A stretch of DNA of 64,000 bases from Anaeramoeba ignava BMAN. Taxonomy: Eukaryota; Protista; Anaeramoebae. A program made the translations under genes and the position numbers. The notes under the pieces were generated by a model that was not told the origin of the DNA, ran no database searches, and worked only from the letters and a program-made list of their open reading frames with translations. Shown one piece after another: positions 11,413 through 20,869 of this stretch (its first letter is position 1; each line of letters begins with the position of its first letter). The DNA is taken from contig JAPDFW010000114.1 in assembly GCA_028826165.1 (NCBI GenBank), forward strand, positions 434,001 through 498,000. Reading direction: 5' to 3'.

Positions 11413-11579
11413 ATACAAAAAATAATTCATTCATATTCCAAACAATTATTCTTTTTCTTTTTCTTTTCTTTTCAAAAAAAAAATTCAAAAAAAAGAAATT
11501 GAAAAAAGTTTGTTTTTGTTTTTGTTTTTGTTTTTGTTTTTGAAAGAAAAAAAGGAAAAATTGATAAAAAAAAAAGGAA

Positions 11580-14500
11580 TTACCAACATTCCTCAAGATA
11601 AAAATTTTGATTGAGGAGTTGATCAAAAGTCTTTTTACCGAAAATATCAATCAAAGTTAACCTGATATCTTTTCCCATAGGAAGGTTTCCACAAACCATA
11701 ATTTTCCCTTTATTCGCAATAACCTCTTTAACCAAACTAGCATTTTCCTTGATTTTATGCTGAACATAAACTTTTTCCTTTTGTTCACGCGAAAAGGCAA
11801 AAAATGTTTTTGTGATAACATTTGAACTAGCAAATTTTTCAATTTCATCTTTTAAGATAAAATCAACATCTCTTGTTCTGCAACCGAAGAAAAGATACAA
11901 AGGCTTTAAAGATTTGGGATCCAAAGTGGCTCTGTAATCAAGCATTCCTTTGAAAGCAGCCAAGCCAGTACCAGCTGCAATCATTATTGTTGGCGCTGAT
12001 GAATCGTACTTGAAAGTTGTTTTTTTGAGGAAAATCATGACTTGCGATTTGTTTGGGATTGTTTGCAACAGATATTCCGAGCAGATACCCTTTTCAACAA
12101 CTTGGACAATAATTTTCAGTTTGTTTGGATCGTTTTTTGGGGTTGATGCAATTGAGTAGAAGCGTGGTGCTAAACGAGGCAAGTTTTCATACAGAAATTG
12201 GAATGTAATTTTAATGGACTTGAACTGGTCAAAAAAATCAACAATGTTTTTCTTGTTTTTCAAAACAACCTCTTCATATTCTTTCTTGTTTGTTGCCAGT
12301 CGTTCAAGTTGTGTTTTTTCGCCAGAATTTTCAGCGTAGTTTGCAAGGAGTTGAAGAATATGCTGATCTGGTGCTCCTGTTATATCGCAAAAACGCGAAA
12401 GATAATCGAAGATCTTAAGCGGTTTGTTAAAGCGTTTTGTTGGCGGTTCAACTTTGAATTGCTGATTCAAATCCAAGTGCAATAAACGCGCGAATTTTTC
12501 GACATGTTCTTGTGGGTTAATTGGACAAATACCAACATGATCTCCAGGCTGGTAATCGATTCCAGATTTGGAAATATCAAGTAAAATTTGCCGACATTTT
12601 CGAGCGTTATTCTGGTCTTTGCCTGCGTTGAGAAGTTCTTTATTTTCTAAGACAAGCGCTGAGTAAGGGTTGTCGTAATCAATTTTGTTAGAGGGTAAAT
12701 TCGAGTTTTCGAAATTGATGTCGATCCATTGCTGGTTGTCGTCGACTTGCATGTTATTTGAGTCAAGGAAAACAACTTGAGAGACTGATTTTGTTTTCTG
12801 TTGGATGATCTTAAGACCCTGATTCAAGCGGATCTGTTTGTTTAATTTATGCGCCCAATTTTCGAAATCATCATCTTTGATAGAATCATCGCGTTCACCG
12901 CGTGCGATGATTCTTAATCCTCCAAGATCCTCCATTCTTTGATCTATAAAACGCGCGAATTTTTGATATCTTCCACTAAAAACAGTGTTTCCAAGTCCAT
13001 AAACAGCGTAATTAGTGCTTGAAAAAGTGTGAAGTGGCAAATTACTACTGAGATATTTAAATAAGTTTACTGCGTTATCTGGTGGATTTCCTTCTCCATA
13101 TGTTGATGTGATAAAAATAACAACCCTTTGAGACGCAAGAAGCTCAGGAGCGCAATCTGCAAGATCAGCAACTTTGATATCGAAGGATTCTTCTGTTTCT
13201 TTGTTTTGTTTCATTATTTGCACCAAACGAAGAGCATAACTTTCTGCTTTTCCAGTTTGTGTTCCAAAAACAATCAAAATTTGGTGATCTTGATCAAAAG
13301 GTGAATTTTTAAAAAAATTCGAATTAGGAACTTTTGGATCGATATTTGATCCGTAAATTATCGCTTTTGCTTCTTCTTTAGACGGTCTTTTTTTAAGAGG
13401 ATTTTGTACTGTATCACTCCAAATGCCTGGAATTATAGTTCCGCATTTTTTGCAAGCGCCGTTTTTGATTCCTTTTACTTCAACACTGTATCCCCAACGT
13501 TCAATCAGTTTCTCATTGCATTTAGGACAGAATGTTGCTGTTAGAGAGTCGCTGCTTATATTTCCTCCGAAAATGTAATTGAGACCTTCTTCTTTCCCTA
13601 TTTTGTATGCTCTTTTGATTGTTGAAACTGGTGTTCTTGATTTGTGGCTCATTTTGTATGCTCCGTGGAATGCACTGATGTGCCATGGGATGTTAACATC
13701 AATACTTGCAATGAATTTTGCAATATTTCGGATTTCTTCATCCGAATCATTTTCATCAGGAATAAGTAGTGTTGTCTTTGTTTTGATTTTTGTAAAAATA
13801 ATTCAATTATTTAAAATATTATTTAAAATTAAACTTACAACTTCAACCCAAACTCCAAGATTATAAAAACGCTCAATATTTTTCAATACAGGAGATAATC
13901 TAACACCAGATAAATCATGATAAAAACGATTTGTAAAAGCTTTTAAATCAATATTAATTGCATCTAAAACAGGAGCAAGTAATTCAACAGCTTCAGGAGA
14001 CATATATCCATTTGAAACATAAACATTTTTGATTCCTTTTTTTTTAGCTAAACTAGCAGTATCAAAAGCATATTCTGTCCAAATAGTTGGTTCATTATAA
14101 GTATAAGCAATTGTTTTGCAATTATTCTTTAAACATAAACGAACTATTTCTTCAGGTGGAAGTGATTGTCCAAGTGATATATTTTCTATATCTTCAACTC
14201 CTCTTGTTGCCATTGAAATATGCCAATTTTGACAAAATGAACATGAAAAATTGCATCCGATTGTACCAACTGAATAAGCTGTTGAAGTTGGATAAAAATG
14301 GTGTAACTTTTTTTATATTCAATTTTATAATTATATTTAAAATTATATTTAAAATTATAATTAAAATTATATTTATATTTAGATTTATATTCAATTTTAT
14401 AATTATATTTAAAATTATATTTAGATTTAGATTTAGATTTATATTTATATTTATATTTATATTTATATTTATATTTTGATTTATATTTAAAATTATATTT

Positions 14501-15798
14501 ATATTTATATTTAAAATTATAATTATAATTATAATTATAATTATATATAGATTTATATTTATATTTATATTTATATTTATATTTATAATTATATTTATAT
14601 TTATATTTATATTTATATTTATATTTATATTTATATTTATATTTATATTTATATTTAAAATTATATTTATATTTATATTTATAATTATATTTATATTTAT
14701 AATTATATTTATAATTATAATTATATTTATATTTAGATTTATATTTATATTTATATTTATATTTATATTTATATTTATATTTATATTTATATTTATATTT
14801 ATATTTATATTTATATTTATATTTATAATTATATTTATAATTATATTTATATTTATATTTATATTTATATTTATATTTATATTTATATTTATATTTATAT
14901 TTATATTTATAATTATATTTATATTTATAATTATATTTATAATTATATTTATAATTATATTTATATTTATATTTATATTTATATTTATATTTATATTTAT
15001 ATTTATAATTATATTTATATTTATATTTATATTTATATTTATATTTATATTTATATTTATAATTATAATTTATATATATATAGATTTAGTTATATTTAGA
15101 TTTAGATTTAGATTTATATTTATATTTATATTTATATTTTGATTTATATTTAAAATTATATTTATATTTATATTTATATTTATATTTATATTTATATTTA
15201 TATTTATATTTATATTTATATTTATATTTATATTTATATTTATATTTATATTTATATCTATATTTATATTTATATTTAAAATTATATTTATATTTATATT
15301 TATATTTATTTAGATTTAGATTTATATTTATATTTATATTTATATTTAGATTTAGATTTATATTTAAAATTATATTTATATTTATAATTATATTTATATT
15401 TGTATTTATATTTATAATTATATTTGTATTTGTATTTATATTTATATTTATATTTATATTTATATTTATATTTATATTTATATTTATATTTATATTTATA
15501 TTTATATTTATATTTATATTTATATTTATATTTATATTTATAATTATATTTATATTTATATTTATATTTATAATTATATTTATATTGTAACTCATTTTCT
15601 ACAAACTGGTTTTTTCTCAATTGGATCAATATGTTTTGCAATTGCATATCCATAAATTTCTAAATATAATTTTCCATCTCTATTACGTCTTACTCCACAT
15701 ATTCCAGTTTTTTTAGGTTCAATAATACATCTTTGATAACAACAAGTGCACCTAACTTGTTTTTTATCTAATTTTTCATAAAGAATTGCTTCAGCCAT
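11580..15798 (-). CDS. amrS: AmmeMemoRadiSam-type radical SAM enzyme (AmrS-like) fused to a CPR-like diflavin (FMN/FAD/NADPH) reductase; 3 exons (15607-15798, 13839-14306, 11580-13775), about 951 aa
   Basis: AmrS part: [25 protein letters not shown]...DPIEKKP|[18 protein letters not shown] (CxxxCxxC, 14232-14255), [27 protein letters not shown]|[14 protein letters not shown] and TFCPKC...[12 protein letters not shown]. Reductase part: [26 protein letters not shown] (flavodoxin); [21 protein letters not shown] (FAD); [25 protein letters not shown] and C-terminal W (NADPH). Both introns are GT-AG, phase 0. Confidence 0.92.
14307..15606. repeat. (TATATT)n microsatellite making up most of the 1.3-kb first intron of the radical SAM gene
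   Basis: Directly visible hexamer repeat between the GT donor (15606) and the AG acceptor (14307) on the minus strand. Confidence 0.92.
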
Positions 15799-15914
15799 AA
15801 TTTAGAAAATGAATAGAAAAAAAATGAAAAAAAATGATTTGGAAAAAAAAACTATTCAACAATCCAAACAAAAAAAAAAGAAAAAGAAAAAAGATTTTAA
15901 TTAATTTTTGCTTT

Positions 15915-16292
15915 TTATTTTTTTTGTTCTTCTTTTTTTAAATTTTGCCAAAGATAAAATAAATTTTCTTCAGGATCTAAAAAATGAAGAGAATAACCAA
16001 CTTTTGGAATTAACATTTTTTCAGAAATAATTTTTCCACCAGATTCTTTTATTGCTTTAACAGCTTCATCAATATCATCAACTTGTATTGAATTAATAAC
16101 ACCTTTTTTATCTCTTACTTTTGCTAAACCTCCATTAATTCCTGCTGTTTCTCCTTCTTTAGTTGAAATCAACCAATAATCAAAATTTACATTTTCTGTT
16201 TTTTGAATTTTCCAGCCAAATACTTTTTCATAAAATCCTTTAATTTTAAGAGGATCTTCAGCATGAATATCAAAATGAACAACTGGATTCAT
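15915..16292 (-). CDS. VOC/glyoxalase-bleomycin resistance family protein, prokaryotic type, intronless
   Basis: VVHFDIHAEDP...FYEKVFGWK...GINGGL...IQVDDIDEAVKAIKESGGKII...IPKVGYSLHFLDPEENLFYLWQ is the typical VOC pattern. Confidence 0.9.
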   Translation of the reverse strand: MNPVVHFDIHAEDPLKIKGFYEKVFGWKIQKTENVNFDYWLISTKEGETAGINGGLAKVRDKKGVINSIQVDDIDEAVKAIKESGGKIISEKMLIPKVGYSLHFLDPEENLFYLWQNLKKEEQKK

Positions 16293-16438
16293 TATTTTTA
16301 TTGATGGAAATTTATTAATTAATGATTTAAAAAAATGAAAAAATAAAAATTGTTTTTTTGTTTTGTTTTTTTAATTAAAAAAATTTTTTTTTTCAATTTT
16401 TTTTTTTCATTTTTTTTCTTTCTTTTAAAAAATTTAAA

Positions 16439-19400
16439 ATGATTTTTTTATTCTTAATTCTTTTTATTTTTTTAATTTCCTTTTTTTTTTACAAAAAATA
16501 CAAAAGAAATAAAACCAAGAAAACACAAACATTTACATTCAAACTTAAACCAACAGATCCAGCAAGTCCTTTCCATCAATCACCAAAATTATTACATTTA
16601 AGAACTCCTTTATCAAAAACAAAGCGTTTTCTTGATTTAAGACAAACATTATCAACAAAACAAACAAATTCATTTTCATTTTCAAATCAAAAAAACACAC
16701 CAAAATCTCCGCATTATTTTCAAAGCAAAAACAAAAGCAAAAGCAAAAACACTCCTTCAAACGAACTTAATTATTCTAATTCTCGATATAATCATTTCCA
16801 AAATTCGCCTTTATTCAAAAATAATTCTCATCAAAAATCAAATTCTAATATTTGGCAACAAAAACATGAAGAAAATCAAGAAAATTACTCAACAAATCCG
16901 TTATTTAATCAAGTCAATGAAATCCAAAAATACACTCCAAGAAACTATCTCAAAAATGAACCCAAAAAGAATGTCTTTACAAAAGATCCAAACGAGAAAA
17001 ACATGCCAATTTTTTCGTTGAATCAATCATTAATAGACAATCCATCTCAGCAAACAGACCTAAACACACAAAGTTTTCAAACACAAGAATCTTTAGAAAC
17101 ATTTAAAGAATTTGATCCAAATCAAGAATATATTCCACAATCATCGATAAATCAAAATCCGCAAAAAAAAATAATCACCAAAAAAATCATAAGGAAAAAA
17201 CCTCAAGTTATCACAACAAAAGAAAACCAAAAACAACCAAAGATTATTAAGATCAAAATTCCAGATGGTTGGAAAGGTCAAAAAAAACCGAAAATACGGC
17301 TTGTTCCAAGAAAAAGAGCACAACAACAACCAGAAATATATGAAGAAGATGATTTAAATACTAACAAAATTAGTAAAGTAACAAAAAATAGGCAAATTAA
17401 TAAGAATATTCGCACAAAAAAACCTCAAATGGATTTACAATTTGCAAAGAAAACTTCCAAGAATCAAAATTTAAAAACCCAAGATCAAAAGACTCGAAAT
17501 AAAAATACAAAAAGGATAATCCAAAAGAAAAATTCAAACGATATTTCTCATCGTCAAAATCTGAAAAATTTACAAATAATACAAGGAAATTCAAATATTG
17601 ACCAAACAAGATCAAATCATCCATTATTTAATCAACCAAAATCAACAAATTTAGATCAAGATACAAATCAAGATAAAGATAAAGAAAATTCAAATATTGA
17701 CCAAACAAGATCAAATCTTTCATTATTTAATCAACCAAAATCAACAGATTTAGATCAAGATACAAATCAAGATAATTCAAAAGAAAATCCAAATATTAAT
17801 AAAACAAGATCAAATCTTTCATTATTTAATCAACCAAAATCAACAAATTTAGATAAAGATACAAATCAAGATAATTCAAAAGAAAATCCAAATATTAATA
17901 AAACAAGATCAAATCATCCATTATTTAATAAACCAAAATCAACAGATTTAGATAAAGATACAAATCAAGATAAAGATAAAGAAAATCCAAATATTAATAA
18001 AACAAGATCAAATCTTTCATTATTTAATCAACCAAAACCAACAGATTTAGATAAAGATACAAATCAAGATAATTCAAAAGAAAATCCAAATATTAATAAA
18101 ACAAGATCAAATCTTTCATTATTTAATCAACCAAAATCAACAGATTTAGATCAAGATATAAATCAAGATAATTCAAAAGAAAATCCAAATAGTAATAAAA
18201 CAAGATCAAATCATTCATTATTTAATCAACCAAAATCAACAGATTTAGATAAAGATACAAATCAAGATAATTCAAAAGAAAATCCAAATATTAATAAAAC
18301 AAGATCAAATCATTCATTATTTAATCAACCAAAACCAACAGATTTAGATAAAGATACAAATCAAGATAATTCAAAAGAAAATCCAAATATTAATAAAACA
18401 AGATCAAATCTTTCATTATTTAATAAACCAAAATCAACAGATTTAGATCAAGATACAAATCAAGATAATTCAAAAGAAAATCCAAATATTAATAAAACAA
18501 GATCAAATCTTTCATTATTTAATAAACCAAAACCAACAGATTTAGATCAAGATACAAATCAAGATAATTCAAAAGAAAATCCAAATATTAATAAAACAAG
18601 ATCAAATCTTTCATTATTTAATAAACCAAAACCAACAGATTTAGATAAAGATACAAATCAAGATAATTCAAAAGAAAATCCAAATATTAATAAAACAAGA
18701 TCAAATCTTTCATTATTTAATAAACCAAAATCAACAGATTTAGATCAAGATACAAATCAAGATAATTCAAAAGAAAATTCAAATATTAATAAAACAAGAT
18801 CAAATCTTTCATTATTTAATAAACCAAAACCAACAGATTTAGATCAAGATATAAATCAAGATAATTCAAAAGAAAATCCAAATATTAATAAAACAAGATC
18901 AAATCTTTCATTATTTAATAAACCAAAACCAACAGATTTAGATAGAGATACAAATCAAGATAATTCAAAAGAAAATCCAAATATTAATAAAACAAGATCA
19001 AATCTTTCATTATTTAATAAACCAAAACCAACAGATTTAGATAGAGATACAAATCAAGATAATTCAAAAGAAAATCCAAATATTAATAAAACAAGATCAA
19101 ATCTTTCATTATTTAATCAACCAAAATCGACCAATTTAGATCAAGATACAAATCAAGATGATTCAAAAGAAAATTCAAATATTAATAAAACAAGATCAAA
19201 TCTTTCATTATTTAATCAACCAAAATCGACAGATTTAGATAAAGATACAAATCAAGATAATTCAAAAGAAAATCCAAATATTAATAAAACAAGATCAAAT
19301 CTTTCATTATTTAATAAACCAAAATCAACCAATTTAGATCAAGATACAAATCAAGATAATTCAAAAGAAAATCCAAATATTAATAAAACAAGATCAAATC

Positions 19401-20230
19401 ATCCATTATTTAATAAACCAAAACCAACAGATTTAGATCAAGATATAAATCAAGATAATTCAAAAGAAAATCCAAATATTAATAAAACAAGATCAAATCT
19501 TTCATTATTTAATAAACCAAAATCAACCAATTTAGATCAAGATACAAATCAAAATCAAGATAAAGATACAAATCAAGATGATTCAAAAGAAAATTCAAAT
19601 ATTAATAAAACAAGATCAAATCTTTCATTATTTAATCAACCAAAACCAACAAATTTAGATAAAGATACAAATCAAGATAATTCAAAAGAAAATACAAAAA
19701 CAGGATTATTTAATCAAACAAAACCAACAAATCCTGATCCAAATAAAACAACAACTTCATTATTTAATAAATCAACAGATCCAAATAAACCAACAACAAG
19801 TTTATTTAGTCAAACAAAAACAGGATTATTTAATCAAACAAAACCAACAAATACTGATCCAATTAAACCAAAAACAGGATTATTTAATCAAACAAAACCA
19901 ACAAATACTGATCCAAATAAAACAACAACTTCATTATTTAATAAATCAACAGATCCAAATAAACCAACAACAAGTTTATTTAATAAATCAACAGATCCAA
20001 ATAAACCAAAAACTTCAATATTTAATCAAACAAAACCAACAAATCCAGATACAAATAAACCAAAAACAGGATTATTTAATCAACAGCAAACAACAGATTT
20101 AAATAAAAAACAAACTTCATTATTTAATAAATCAACAGATCCAAACAAACCAAGTTTATTTAGTCAAACAAAAACAGGATTATTTAATCAACCAAAAACA
20201 GATCAAAATCAAAACCAAAACCAAAATTAA
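16439..20230 (+). CDS. N-terminally membrane-anchored low-complexity protein with about 21 33-aa SLFN repeats and C-terminal GLFN/SLFN repeats (possible nucleoporin-like)
   Basis: Hydrophobic N-terminus MIFLFLILFIFLISFFF followed by basic KKYKRNK; lysine-rich region; tandem NINKTRSNLSLFN(Q/K)PKSTDLDQDTNQDNSKENP; then KTGLFNQ / TTSLFNK. The ORF is real; the function is inferred. Confidence 0.75.
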   Translation: MIFLFLILFIFLISFFFYKKYKRNKTKKTQTFTFKLKPTDPASPFHQSPKLLHLRTPLSKTKRFLDLRQTLSTKQTNSFSFSNQKNTPKSPHYFQSKNKSKSKNTPSNELNYSNSRYNHFQNSPLFKNNSHQKSNSNIWQQKHEENQENYSTNPLFNQVNEIQKYTPRNYLKNEPKKNVFTKDPNEKNMPIFSLNQSLIDNPSQQTDLNTQSFQTQESLETFKEFDPNQEYIPQSSINQNPQKKIITKKIIRKKPQVITTKENQKQPKIIKIKIPDGWKGQKKPKIRLVPRKRAQQQPEIYEEDDLNTNKISKVTKNRQINKNIRTKKPQMDLQFAKKTSKNQNLKTQDQKTRNKNTKRIIQKKNSNDISHRQNLKNLQIIQGNSNIDQTRSNHPLFNQPKSTNLDQDTNQDKDKENSNIDQTRSNLSLFNQPKSTDLDQDTNQDNSKENPNINKTRSNLSLFNQPKSTNLDKDTNQDNSKENPNINKTRSNHPLFNKPKSTDLDKDTNQDKDKENPNINKTRSNLSLFNQPKPTDLDKDTNQDNSKENPNINKTRSNLSLFNQPKSTDLDQDINQDNSKENPNSNKTRSNHSLFNQPKSTDLDKDTNQDNSKENPNINKTRSNHSLFNQPKPTDLDKDTNQDNSKENPNINKTRSNLSLFNKPKSTDLDQDTNQDNSKENPNINKTRSNLSLFNKPKPTDLDQDTNQDNSKENPNINKTRSNLSLFNKPKPTDLDKDTNQDNSKENPNINKTRSNLSLFNKPKSTDLDQDTNQDNSKENSNINKTRSNLSLFNKPKPTDLDQDINQDNSKENPNINKTRSNLSLFNKPKPTDLDRDTNQDNSKENPNINKTRSNLSLFNKPKPTDLDRDTNQDNSKENPNINKTRSNLSLFNQPKSTNLDQDTNQDDSKENSNINKTRSNLSLFNQPKSTDLDKDTNQDNSKENPNINKTRSNLSLFNKPKSTNLDQDTNQDNSKENPNINKTRSNHPLFNKPKPTDLDQDINQDNSKENPNINKTRSNLSLFNKPKSTNLDQDTNQNQDKDTNQDDSKENSNINKTRSNLSLFNQPKPTNLDKDTNQDNSKENTKTGLFNQTKPTNPDPNKTTTSLFNKSTDPNKPTTSLFSQTKTGLFNQTKPTNTDPIKPKTGLFNQTKPTNTDPNKTTTSLFNKSTDPNKPTTSLFNKSTDPNKPKTSIFNQTKPTNPDTNKPKTGLFNQQQTTDLNKKQTSLFNKSTDPNKPSLFSQTKTGLFNQPKTDQNQNQNQN
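17590..19695 (+). repeat. Coding 99-bp minisatellite, about 21 copies
   Basis: The 33-aa unit repeats with very few substitutions. Confidence 0.92.
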
Positions 20231-20720
20231 AATTAATATCAAAATTAAAATTAATATCAATATTAAAATTGAAATTAAAATTAATATTAAAATTAAAATT
20301 AAAATTAAAATTAAAATTTAAAATTAAAATTAAAATTAAAATTAAAATTAAAATTAAAATTCATTTATAAAATTAAAATTAATTTATAATTAAAATTAAA
20401 ATTAAAATTAAAATTAAAATTAAAATTAAAATTTAAAATTAAAATTAAAATTAAAATTAAAATTAATATCAAAATTAAAATTAAAATTAAAATTAATATT
20501 AAAATTAAAATTAAAATTAAAATTAAAATTGAAATTAAAATTAAAATTAAAATTCATTTATAAAATTAAAATTAAAATTAAAATTAAAATTAAAATTAAA
20601 ATTAAAATTAAAATTAAAATTAAAATTAATATTAAAATTAAAATTAAAATTAAAATTAAAATTAAAATTAAAATTGAAATTAAAATTAAAATCAAAATCA
20701 AAATTAAAATTAAAATTATT
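20231..20720. repeat. (AAATTA)n microsatellite
   Basis: Directly visible. Confidence 0.9.
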
Positions 20721-20869
20721 CAAAAGAAAAAATTATTCAATTAATTAATCGGAAATAATTTCAAAAAAAAATTTATTTTTGATTTAGAAAAGAAAAGAAA
20801 AAATTTTTTTTTCATTTTTTTTTCATTTTTTTTCTTTCATTTTTTTTTTAAATAGATAATTTTAAAAAA

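Noticed and set aside
11580-13775. Higher GC in the reductase exon as evidence of recent lateral transfer
   Set aside because: Similar GC-richer interiors occur in clearly native genes here (POLD1, HBS1, BTB, PSD), so composition alone is not diagnostic.
17590-19695. Regular repeats resembling a CRISPR array (also 28305-30990 and 43580-44390)
   Set aside because: Contiguous tandem units without unique spacers, no cas genes, eukaryotic context.
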